A stretch of 64,000 nt of DNA from Dehalococcoidia bacterium (GTDB lineage Bacteria > Chloroflexota > Dehalococcoidia > Lucifugimonadales > UBA1123): the NCBI GenBank assembly GCA_965261525.1, contig OZ253472.1:2852601-2916600 (forward strand), given 5' to 3'. The notes below the pieces were generated by a model, which was not told the origin of the DNA, ran no database searches, and saw only the letters and a list, made by a program, of their open reading frames with translations. A program made the translations under genes and the position numbers. This document shows, in pieces, positions 55,467 to 64,000 of this stretch (the first letter of the stretch is position 1; every line of letters starts with the position of its first letter).

Positions 55467-57474
55467 TCAGAGTATCTCCATCAGTACTTCGGCCAAGCGT
55501 TGAACCTGTCGGGAAGTTGCTTGAGGCTAATTTCGGTGTTGCTTCTGTAATAGCGAGATAGCAGCCAGTCGTTTTCCGGCTGCCAGTAGAGCAGGATGTG
55601 GAACGGAGAGGAATCCGGCACGTCTCCCTCTCCTGCTTGATTTCCCAATCTCCCCCAAAAGCGGAGGTCATATTTTCTCTGGGCAATGGAAAGTCTCTGA
55701 GCGCTGCGCTTGAACCGGCTACAAGCGCGGTTCCGGCCTTTACTTCGACCCTGAGATTGGTCATGGGGTTGATAGTGTATCTGAGGGCGTTGTGAAGTTC
55801 GTCGAGCATAGCGTTTCTGGCGGCGACGCGCGCCTCCGCTTCTTCCGCGCCTTCTTCTCCTGATCTAATAGGGAGCGAACTGTTTTCGGAGCGGCTTATC
55901 CAGTCCTCGAACGAAGGCATCAACCACATACGCGAGAATTCCCGTTCATGCCACTCCTGCTGCATATCGCCTTTTATCCCGCCCACAATGCCGTCCAGTG
56001 TCTGTACCCTATTCCTGAGATCGTTCAATATTCGCCGAATTTCACGTCTTCGGTTATTCACATTTTCTTCATGCTCTTTGCCGGTGCGGACCCACATGAA
56101 TATGAAGAAAATTATGACGATAACTATCAGTGGCAATCCAATACCTGCCAGGACAACTATTAGATCCGAAAGGTTGGAATCTTCAGAGAAGAGGATTTCA
56201 GTGTAAAACAGCGCTGTCACAATAGCGAGTACCACACCAATCAACGCTGCCCCGACTATCAGAAAGATGAAAGAGCCTTTACGCTGAGGGCCAACTCTTC
56301 TCAACCTTGTGAGGGCCACTCTCGAGTTAGTCAGTTCATCGTTGGTTTTGGTCAATTCCTTTCTGGCTTCGTCAAATTGCTTTCCAGCCGATTCGTTCCT
56401 GAGTGATTCGGGAGATTCCTCGGAGATAAGCGGCTTTACCTTCTCCTGGAGTTCGTTGTTGCTGGCGTCCAGAGCGCCGTCAATCTCAGGCTCTGTCTTT
56501 CTTATCCAGCTTACCCTATCCTGATCAACGGGTCCGCATCCGACAAGTATCTGGGATATAGAGGAGTTTTCGATTGTATCGAGCAACTCGTTTACATCGT
56601 AGAAACTCTCCCCGGTTACTGTCGTGCATGTCAGCAAAGTTGCGATAGTGCCGGACGCCCAACGGTTGAAATTTTCAAGGTTCTGTGTCCTTTCGAATCC
56701 GCTCCCATCTATAAAGAAGAATCGGTCGAATGGACGATTCTCCATATTGAAGCGTTCGTCACCCGATGGCATCTTGCTTTCTAGTACGCCAAACGTATTG
56801 AGTCCGTGTAGAAGGTTAAAGTCTCCAGCGCCTTCCGTCGGATCGGGTGGAAATAGGCCGAATCCAAACTGGAGAGGTTCTTCAGTGTCAATCACCCTGT
56901 CGCCGCGAGGGGAGGATATGAAATTCCCAACGACATTGTGTATCCGGTTCGCCAGTTCCTTTATGATTATCTCTCCCGACTCAACGGCTACCGTGCTGGA
57001 AGTCATGCCCGTCATGCCGAAGGCAAAGACTATCTTCACGCGCGGCTCCACAAGCCGTCCACCTATTACGGGGAGCAGTTCCCACACCGCGTCGAATATG
57101 TCTCTGCGGCGCAATTCGACTTGGAGTCGTATCATTGGTGGATGATTCAGGATTTCATCTTCCCAGCGGACATTCTTTTCCATGTCCATCTCGGTGACCA
57201 ATTCAGCGAAGCGTTCTCTCTCCAGCGACCGCTTCTGCAGTCGGATGTCGTGCATTGTGACTTTGAGGGTCTTCAGCATGTTCTGGAGTTCATCTATCTC
57301 TCGCTGGTCGTGGTCTATGAATACGACACCGCGAATGCGGCCTTCGAGCGACTCGCATAGGTAGGGAATGAAGTCGGCAGAAGAGTGGCCGCCCCCTACA
57401 ATGATAATATCGGGTTCTTTCACGCTGTTGTCAGTCGTCACCTGAAAGCCCCTTTGTCTCCGGTGGAATATCAA
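55282..57474 (-). CDS. Large hypothetical protein with two central TM segments. The N-terminal domain is possibly a divergent tubulin/FtsZ-like or Rossmann-like NTP-binding fold (very tentative)
   Basis: ORF track, 730 aa. EPDIIIVGGGHSSADF resembles a T1/Rossmann loop and VFAFGMTGMTSS weakly resembles the GGGTG(S/T)G T4 loop. TM segments: GSFIFLIVGAALIGVVLAIVTALFY and LIVVLAGIGLPLIVIVIIFFIFMWV. Coiled-coil-like stretches are present. The last 60 or so codons overlap the next gene. Confidence 0.5.
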   Translation of the reverse strand: MIFHRRQRGFQVTTDNSVKEPDIIIVGGGHSSADFIPYLCESLEGRIRGVVFIDHDQREIDELQNMLKTLKVTMHDIRLQKRSLERERFAELVTEMDMEKNVRWEDEILNHPPMIRLQVELRRRDIFDAVWELLPVIGGRLVEPRVKIVFAFGMTGMTSSTVAVESGEIIIKELANRIHNVVGNFISSPRGDRVIDTEEPLQFGFGLFPPDPTEGAGDFNLLHGLNTFGVLESKMPSGDERFNMENRPFDRFFFIDGSGFERTQNLENFNRWASGTIATLLTCTTVTGESFYDVNELLDTIENSSISQILVGCGPVDQDRVSWIRKTEPEIDGALDASNNELQEKVKPLISEESPESLRNESAGKQFDEARKELTKTNDELTNSRVALTRLRRVGPQRKGSFIFLIVGAALIGVVLAIVTALFYTEILFSEDSNLSDLIVVLAGIGLPLIVIVIIFFIFMWVRTGKEHEENVNNRRREIRRILNDLRNRVQTLDGIVGGIKGDMQQEWHEREFSRMWLMPSFEDWISRSENSSLPIRSGEEGAEEAEARVAARNAMLDELHNALRYTINPMTNLRVEVKAGTALVAGSSAALRDFPLPRENMTSAFGGDWEIKQERETCRIPLRSTSCSTGSRKTTGCYLAITEATPKLASSNFPTGSTLGRSTDGDTLNDIPRNPTRFWSVSENRGCVFCADSAHLVLALNRQRTVHVPTTLFIQNRRWRFSQRHPAVR

Positions 57475-57618
57475 AGTTATCGCTAACGCAAATATATCCC
57501 ATATCGAATATAATCCACAAGCATGAGTCGCTCCCCGATATTCAACTCTTTACCGGGTTGATGGTAGTGGGAAAATCATCGTGGCCCAAGTCTTCATAGT
57601 ACCTCTAGCGAATACTCT

Positions 57619-60598
57619 ATGACAGAAAATGAAACAGTTCGGCGTGTGGTGAGAATGCGCGCGGGCGAGGATAGCCCCGAGAATAAACTCCTGACACTGC
57701 GTTCTGGCGATAACCTTGCGAGCGTACGCAACGGCGCGCTCTACGCTGTTGACGAATATCCCGGCCTGGTTGCCAAGATATACGATATCCCGGACGACGA
57801 TATTGAAGAAAAGCTCCGGGTTATGATCGCCACTCGGCCCGACATACCCGAAGAGGAATCAGAGCGAGTATCTATCGCGTGGCCCGTGGACATTCTGAAA
57901 GATGCGGGACCGTCAGGCCGTGTGGTTGGCCTGCTGATTCCAAGATTCTCAGGGAGTCGCCTAGAAGACATATTCGCGTTGTCCGATCAGTCGGAGAGCA
58001 GAGACGGGTTCACTGAGGAGATTTCGCTTGAAGCGGCGAGGAACATATCGAGGGCAGTGGATATACTTCATGAAGGCCCTCACGTAATCGGCGACTTCGA
58101 CGAATCCCGTGTCCTGATCTCAGACTCCGGTGCGGTCACTCTGATAGATACCGATTTGTTCCAGATATCCGCCAGGCAGAGTCAGGGCGGAAAGGTTTAT
58201 CGCTCACGGGTGGGCAGAGGTGAGTACACCCCGCGTGAACTTCAGGACAGCGGACGGTTCGGAGTTACGCAGAGAGAGAAAGACCACGACCTGTTCGCGC
58301 TGGCGGTGTTCATATACAAGCTAATGATGGGCGGCGTCCACCCATTCGATGGGGAGTACACGAGCGGGGGAGACCCTCCGCCATTGCGGGTCAGAATAGA
58401 ATCCGGCCAATTTCTGCATTCCAAAATCCCGGGATGAAATCCCTGCTTCTCTGCGTGAGCTGTTCGTCAAGTGTTTCGATGACGGACACGATTCCCCCAG
58501 AAGACGCCCCTCAGCGTACGAATGGACGCTGGCAATCGAAAAACTGATCGCGCCTGCGCCGGATGTGGATTCCGAGCCGTTACCCTCCGACCCAATAACG
58601 CCTGCACCGGATGTGGATTCCGAGTTGTCACCCTCCGGGCCGATAGCGCCTGCGCTAGATGAGGATTTCACGCCGCCGCCATACGACGAGCCGCTCCCGG
58701 CGGGCCAGCCAGGTGGCGGGCGCGGGTTTCTAAAATACGGAGCCGCCGCTGCTCTGTTAATCCTCGCGCTTATCGTAGGCGCGGTCGCATTCTCAAGGAA
58801 CAGCGATTGGAGTATTCTCTCACTGAACCCACCCGTAGCGGCCCTGCCGCCAACCAATGTTCCAACCCAATCGCTTCCTGTTCCCGCAGCCGCGCCGACC
58901 GCAATACCTGTACTTGCGGTCGCTCCACCAACTGCCACACCGACGCCTACCCTTACACCGACTGTCATTCCCATACCTCCGATCACCCTTGCGTTGGCGA
59001 CTGTCCCGACACTGACACCCACAGTAACGGCTATCCCAAAACCAACATACTCCCCAACGCCAATGCCCACCTTCACGCCCATCCCGACATTGACGCCGAT
59101 GCCGGTGCCTACCAAAACTCCGATCCCGCACATTCGTAGATCTGAAAATGTCTCGGTAGAGGAAGGTAGGAAAAGAATTTTTCCATTTGACTGGAACCAC
59201 ACGGTATATGGGGATGGAACTCCCCTAATAACATATGAAGGTCCTGTAAATATATGGTACTCGTCCGTCAGCCATTCAAATCATCAGGCAACTATTACAA
59301 TAGGCGCGGACGACGATTCCCTTGTGGGGAATGGGAGCGCGGAGATTCAGGTATCCAATGAATCGGGATCAATGGTATATGTACTGAACGTTACAGTGAT
59401 AGACGCCGGCGAGCCGACCGCCACACCCACGCCTACGCCAACGCCGACCCACATACCGACACCCACCATCACGCCCACGCCGACCCAGACCCCCATACCT
59501 ACCGTGACGCCTACCCCCACTGTGACTCCGACTCCAACAGACACGCCCACCCTCACCCCAACACTCACTCCATCTGTGACGCCGACCCCGACCCCCGTGC
59601 CGTTGCCGCAGTTGAAACTGACTCTGACTGGTCGGATCACATACCGGCCCGGATTTTTGCGAGTTCCGTTTGATGTGGTCAACATAGGACACGCGACATC
59701 CGAACCATCCACTCTGCGACTGTATATAGACGGTCAGGGGTATGGCTATGGGTCAGACAGTGAGTATGAAGGATATGGCTACGAGATGAAGCCTTTGTAC
59801 GCCGCATATCCCATTCCGCCGATCCAGGTTGGAAGACGGCATTCCAACCCGTCGTGGGATGTCCAACTAGTGGATGAGGAGGTGGGTGATGTCACCCTCA
59901 TCGCTATGGTGCATAACTGTCAGTTGCAGACGAATTGGTCCTGTACGGAAAACAGGCTGAAATGGGAGTACCAGCAAGAGGTCAATCAGTGCGCGGGCCA
60001 AAGCGGCGTTGAGAAATACGCTTCTGGACTCGGTGGCGGGTGGAGCGACGACTGGCATAACAAAGAGTACCTTGCCGAATGTGACAATGTGGATGTTTAC
60101 GGCGGACGGGTCGCTCTGGCTCCCACACCGACCCAGGTCCCAACCGCCACGCCGTCCCCCACTCCCAGGCCAACCCGAACGCCCACTCCTACACCAGTCT
60201 CAACACCAACACCGACACCGATTCCAACCCAAACTCCGAGGCCGACACCTGTAAGTACGTCAGTTGGAGTTACGGTTACCATTAGCTGGGATATGTTTAA
60301 CGCAAACGAGCCGAACAACGCCATATACAATATAGGCTTATGCGATCCATCGGATTGTGACGGGAAATGGTTGCGCGATAGATCCGGAAGTGATGTCTTT
60401 TTGACATGGCGCAGCGACGACGGTGAGATGCGAGTCCCAGTTCCGCCAGGCTCTTACACAGCCAAAGCAGAGGTATTTACTGGTAGCAGGACGGACAGGT
60501 GTACGACGGATTTCGAGGTCACGTCTGGATTTGATGTGGTAACGGAGCGGGAAACTTGTAATAAGGCAGAGTATGGACAGGAATTGAAAGTTCGCTGA
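57619..60598 (+). pseudogene. Second YegI-like Ser/Thr kinase with one TM segment and a PT-linked ectodomain, broken by one frameshift near 58428-58434
   Basis: Track ORFs 57619..58437 (kinase domain: HVIGDFDESRVLI, LIDTDLFQI, GEYTPRELQ) and 58565..60598. The second frame is open from 58400 and reads DEIPASLRELFVKCFDDGHDSPRRRPSAYEW. This matches DKQKELFLRCFDKTHEGEPRPTPEEW in kinase 1. Confidence 0.65.
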
Positions 60599-60601
60599 CC
60601 A

Positions 60602-60730
60602 CTAAGAAACTATCTCAAAACCTGTCGCGGGAAACGAGCCACAAGGCCCAGGATAGCCTCCTCTCCCTTGAGGGAGAGGATTGAGGTGAGGGCGAAATTC
60701 CTTCCGGTTGGGTTTTGAGATAATCACTAA
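60602..60730. repeat. MITE family 2 copy (identical to 45715..45843)
   Basis: Same 129-bp sequence by eye. It starts 4 nt after the kinase-2 stop. Confidence 0.8.
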
Positions 60731-60885
60731 TAACTAATACCAATCCAGTGTGATGTCACCATGTTCTGCCGAGCCAACCTGTATGGATTCCCGCTTTCTC
60801 GGGAATGACGATATACGACTCGCTGATGACATTCACGGCGTAGCCACACTGAAATGGTATAAAGACTGGGAACCAAAGTCTCCAC

Positions 60886-61509
60886 ATGGAATACGACAAA
60901 CTCAGCAAGCGCCTCTTCGCCGCCGGGTACGACCTTCTCAACTCCGGCGTCGAGTCACGCGTCACCCCATATCGCAGGCTGACCGCCGGCCTCAGTCTGG
61001 GCAGAACCCTCGAAATCGGCGGCGGCACCGGCGCCAACATCCCCTTCTATCCACCCGGTGTCCGGCTGATAACCGTTGAACCCAACCCCCACATGACCCG
61101 CCGTTTTATCAGAACCTCCCAGCAACGCCACGCTGACGCCACAGTCGTCTCCGCCATAGGCGAGCGGCTGCCATTCGCCGACGCCGCCTTCGACAGCGTC
61201 GTAACCACCCTCACCCTCTGCATGGTCAAAGACCTCGACGCCGTAGTCGGCGAGATACGACGGACGCTCCGGCCCGGAGGCCAATTCCTCTTCTACGAAC
61301 ACGTAGTATCACAGGACAAGAGGGTAGGGCGGCTTCAGACCCTCGCCAACCCTATCTGGAAATTCGCCACCACCGGCTGCAATCTCGACAGGGACATAGT
61401 CGGTGCAATCCGACAAGCAGGCTTCACCGACATAGAACTCCGCCGCTTCTCCCTCTCCGTCGGTCTGCCCATCACCATCCCCAACATCGTCGGTGTAGCC
61501 CACGCCTAA
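60886..61509 (+). CDS. Class I SAM-dependent methyltransferase (Methyltransf_11-like)
   Basis: ORF track, 207 aa. LEIGGGTGANIPFYP, ERLPFADAAFDSVVTTLTLC, LRPGGQFLFYEH. Confidence 0.8.
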   Translation: MEYDKLSKRLFAAGYDLLNSGVESRVTPYRRLTAGLSLGRTLEIGGGTGANIPFYPPGVRLITVEPNPHMTRRFIRTSQQRHADATVVSAIGERLPFADAAFDSVVTTLTLCMVKDLDAVVGEIRRTLRPGGQFLFYEHVVSQDKRVGRLQTLANPIWKFATTGCNLDRDIVGAIRQAGFTDIELRRFSLSVGLPITIPNIVGVAHA

Positions 61510-61513
61510 ACCC

Positions 61514-62184
61514 GTGATAGACATGACGCGCGGATGCTCATACATATTTCTGGACGAAGCGGGCAACTTCGATTTCAGCACGAAGGGTACACGTTACTTC
61601 GTACTGACCGCCGTCACCGCCCGGAGACCCTTTCATTGGCGGGACGCGCTTGACGATCTCAAATACGACTGCATCGAGAATGGCGTCGGAATCGAGTACT
61701 TTCACTGCTACAACGACAGCAAGCGGATACGTAGCGCCGTCTTCGACCTGATAGCCTCCACATCAGCCGGAGTGAACATTGACTGTCTGGTTGTGGATAA
61801 GTCGGAAGTTCCCTCCGCTATGCGTGATGAAGCGCGCTTCTATCCTGCAATGTTAGGCTATCTCCTCAGTCTTGTGGGGGTCAGTCGAACTGGAATCTGG
61901 AGACGCAGAGGAGATAGTCATCATAACCGACACCATCCCCGTAAACAGAAGACGACGAACTGTCGAGAAGGCTGTGCAAACCACACTGGCCCGTATGCTG
62001 CCTTCCCGGGGTGAAGTATCGCATCCTACATCACCAGTCTCGTTCCCACTACGGGTTGCAGGTCGCGGATTACTGCTGTTGGGCCGTCTTTCGCAAGTGG
62101 GAGAGACGGGATAGCGCCTGGTTCGACCGGATCGGTTCCGCCGCGCGAAACGAGTTTGAATTCGACGTCGGGGAGAGCCGCTGA
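61514..62184 (+). pseudogene. DUF3800-like gene with two frameshifts
   Basis: Frame 1 (61514-): CSYIFLDEAGNFDF...FVLTAV. Frame 2 (from about 61872): EEIVIITDTIPVNRRRRTVEKAV. Frame 3 ends ...YRILHHQSRSHYGLQVADYCCWAVFRKWERRD...-TGA at 62182-62184. The family assignment rests on the N-terminal IFLDE.G and the C-terminal LQVAD motifs only. Confidence 0.45.
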
Positions 62185-62329
62185 CGAAAATCGCGAGATT
62201 CTTCCAAACACGACCCCCCTGACTACTCCATTCTTGGAGAGAGCACTCTCAGCACTCTTATCATCAGGGGGGAACCTTTAAATTCATCATAACATTCAGC
62301 CGATTACGCCGCAAGCCATCTGCTGATTT

Positions 62330-62506
62330 GAACCTGTATCAACTTAGTCGGCGTTCCTTGCGGCGCGAAAATCCCCTCTCCCTCGACGGGCTGAGAAGGG
62401 TATGTAAATGTGCAGCCAGCTAAGAATTTCAATCAACAGACCCCCTCTCCCTTGAGGGAGAGGGCTGGGGTGAGGGTGATTACTGACACCGACCAAACTG
62501 ATACAG
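62330..62506. repeat. MITE family 1 copy flanked by a 13-nt direct repeat
   Basis: gaacctgtatcaacttagtcggcg...ccctctcccttgagggagaggg...caccgaccaaactgatacag matches the units at 1458-1916. CATCTGCTGATTT occurs at 62317-62329 and at 62507-62519. Confidence 0.75.
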
Positions 62507-62554
62507 CATCTGCTGATTTCAAAACCGCCTCATACTCGCTAAGCGAATTAGGCC

Positions 62555-62644
62555 GGCTTCACCGACATAGAACTTCGCCGCTTCTCCCTCTCCGTCGGTC
62601 TGCCCATCACCATCCCCAACATCGTCGGTGTAGCCCAACGCTAG
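62555..62644 (+). repeat. Duplicate of the last 90 nt of the methyltransferase gene (61420..61509)
   Basis: ggcttcaccgacatagaact(c/t)cgccgcttctccctctccgtcggtctgcccatcaccatccccaacatcgtcggtgtagccc is shared. Only the last few nucleotides and the stop differ. Confidence 0.85.
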
Positions 62645-64000
62645 ATCCGCTCGAAATACCGAGCCCGCTCCCAATCCGTCACCGCCCTCCGGTATGCCTC
62701 CGCCTCCGTCGAGTAGAAATGCGCGTAATGCTCCACCACATCCGACCCAAACGCCGACCGCGCCAACTCGCTCTCCGCGAAACTCTCCACCGCCTGCTCC
62801 AGGCTCCCCGGCAGCCTTATCTCCTCCGACGCCGAGTAAACGTCGCCGATATACGCTGAAGGCGGCTCGACCCGCTCCTCGATGCCCGCCAGTCCCGACG
62901 CGATAACAGCGGAGTAGGCGAGATACGGATTCACGTCCGCTCCCGGGATACGGCACTCGATCCGAAGACTCTGTCCTGAGCCAACCACCCGGAACCCCGC
63001 CGTGCGGTTGTCCGGCGACCACGCCGTCGCCGTCGGAGCCCAGCTGCCCACCTGGAACCGCTTGTACGAATTAACCGTCGGCGCGTAGAACGCCATAAAC
63101 TCTGCCACGTATCGCATCCATCCGCCCAGGAACCACCGAAACTCGTCCGAACACGCAATCCCCGCCAGACTCCCGTCACCAGAAAATACGTTGCTCAACA
63201 GGCCGTCATTCTCCTGCCACAGGCTCACGTGAAGATGCGAACTCGAACCCGCCTGCGTCGCGTCCGGCTTCGCCATGAACGTTACGCTCGCCCCAAGCTG
63301 CTCCGAAACTTCCTTCACTGCCTGCTTCAGAATAACGTGCCTGTCCGCCATCTCCAGCACAGGCGCGTACCGGATGTTCAACTCATGCTGGCCGCGCCCG
63401 AACTCCCCCTTCGTGGACTCCACCGGAACACCCGACGCCGCCAGGTGGCGGCGATATGCCCCGTTCAGGTCCTCAGTCCGCGCCCCTTGCAGCAGGTGAT
63501 AGTCCTCTATGTACCACCCGGCCTCATTCAGACCTCGATACTCACTCTGCGCCGCCTCCACGAACGATGTCCGAAACAGGTAATACTCCAGCTCCGACCC
63601 CGCCATAGCCTCAAATCCCCGAGCCCGTAGCCGCTCCACCTGCTTTCGCAGAATCGAACGCGGAGCGACCTCCACTGGCTCATGCCCCGGCTCCATTTCC
63701 GCGTCGCATAGCGCCAGAGCCGTCCGGTCAAGCCACGACAACTTCCGCATAGTCCCCATGTCCGGCGCCAGGTGCATATCCCCATAGCCGAGGTTCCAGT
63801 TAGAAAACTTGTACGCCGACACCGGCTCCATCTCCATATCAACCGTGAACAGATAGTCGCAGGCATGAGTGCCTCCTGCCACGTCTGTCAGGAAGAACGA
63901 TGCGTCCAGCCGTTTGCCCAGAAGTCGGCCATACAGGTCCGGAAAAGCCAGAATCACCGTGTCGATGGAACCGTCGGCGACTGCGGCCCGCAGCCCATCG
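62641..64000 (-). CDS. Glutamine synthetase-family protein (GlnA-like / gamma-glutamyl-amine ligase type); the 5' end probably lies beyond the right edge
   Basis: ORF track (62641..63957), but the frame stays open to position 64000. GSELEYYLF, ESTKGEFGRGQHELNIRY, FMAKP, GSSSHLHVSLW, NSYKRF, NRTAGFRV, IECRIPGADVNPY. Confidence 0.75.
   Translation of the reverse strand, partial: DGLRAAVADGSIDTVILAFPDLYGRLLGKRLDASFFLTDVAGGTHACDYLFTVDMEMEPVSAYKFSNWNLGYGDMHLAPDMGTMRKLSWLDRTALALCDAEMEPGHEPVEVAPRSILRKQVERLRARGFEAMAGSELEYYLFRTSFVEAAQSEYRGLNEAGWYIEDYHLLQGARTEDLNGAYRRHLAASGVPVESTKGEFGRGQHELNIRYAPVLEMADRHVILKQAVKEVSEQLGASVTFMAKPDATQAGSSSHLHVSLWQENDGLLSNVFSGDGSLAGIACSDEFRWFLGGWMRYVAEFMAFYAPTVNSYKRFQVGSWAPTATAWSPDNRTAGFRVVGSGQSLRIECRIPGADVNPYLAYSAVIASGLAGIEERVEPPSAYIGDVYSASEEIRLPGSLEQAVESFAESELARSAFGSDVVEHYAHFYSTEAEAYRRAVTDWERARYFERI

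Noticed and set aside
58321-59202. 293-aa minus-strand ORF rich in GVGV repeats (also 59347..59712, 60097..60330 and 52493..53065)
   Set aside because: It is the reverse translation of the PT-rich linker DNA of the kinase genes; the sense frame is colinear with kinase 1.
1-64000. Genome-wide reassignment of TGA (code 4/25) as an explanation for the in-frame TGAs in higB and the DUF3179 gene
   Set aside because: Many well-defined genes in the window terminate at TGA at the expected protein ends (for example higA, dcm and the methyltransferase-adjacent genes). The higB TGA does not align with a conserved Trp, Gly or Cys.

Overview
This is a 64 kb window of GC-rich bacterial chromosome. There is no rRNA, CRISPR array or prophage. 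The gene content is LLM/F420-type oxidoreductases, two enolase-superfamily enzymes, family-5 ABC binding proteins with repeat linkers, and D-threonine-aldolase-like PLP enzymes. This content is compatible with a marine Chloroflexota (SAR202-like) genome, but that placement is inference only. Housekeeping genes recognised by motif are tRNA-Asp, malate synthase, larB, lipB, glnS, pgi-tal and tsaD.

Three accessory regions stand out.

(1) 8.6-14.0 kb is a visibly AT-richer island. It carries a five-gene, translationally coupled operon: a GHKL (MORC/Hsp90-like) ATPase, two proteins I cannot assign to any family, a Dcm C5-cytosine methyltransferase and a Vsr endonuclease. This is my best candidate for an undescribed methylation-linked defence system.

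(2) 47-54 kb is a TerY-P-type triad (PP2C phosphatase, vWA/TerY, YegI-like Ser/Thr kinase). It is expanded to three tandem vWA paralogs (the third decayed), a TM2-domain protein with an extreme charge block, and a multi-pass receptor-type kinase.

(3) 54.5-60.6 kb holds a divergent two-gene membrane module (298 aa and 730 aa, function unknown) and a second, frameshifted kinase paralog.

Regions 2 and 3 are separated by a head-to-tail recombination scar. Together with the upstream D-TA paralog 2 (45872-46969), they are bracketed by two identical MITE copies.

The window also contains:
- decayed HigBA and intact HicAB toxin-antitoxin pairs
- an IS630-family element splitting an ankyrin-repeat gene
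- a DUF3179 lipoprotein gene with a single in-frame TGA exactly at the first Cys of its CPLC motif
- several gene remnants
- two MITE families built around a shared palindromic core

All calls come from reading the ORF translations and the DNA by eye; no searches were run.
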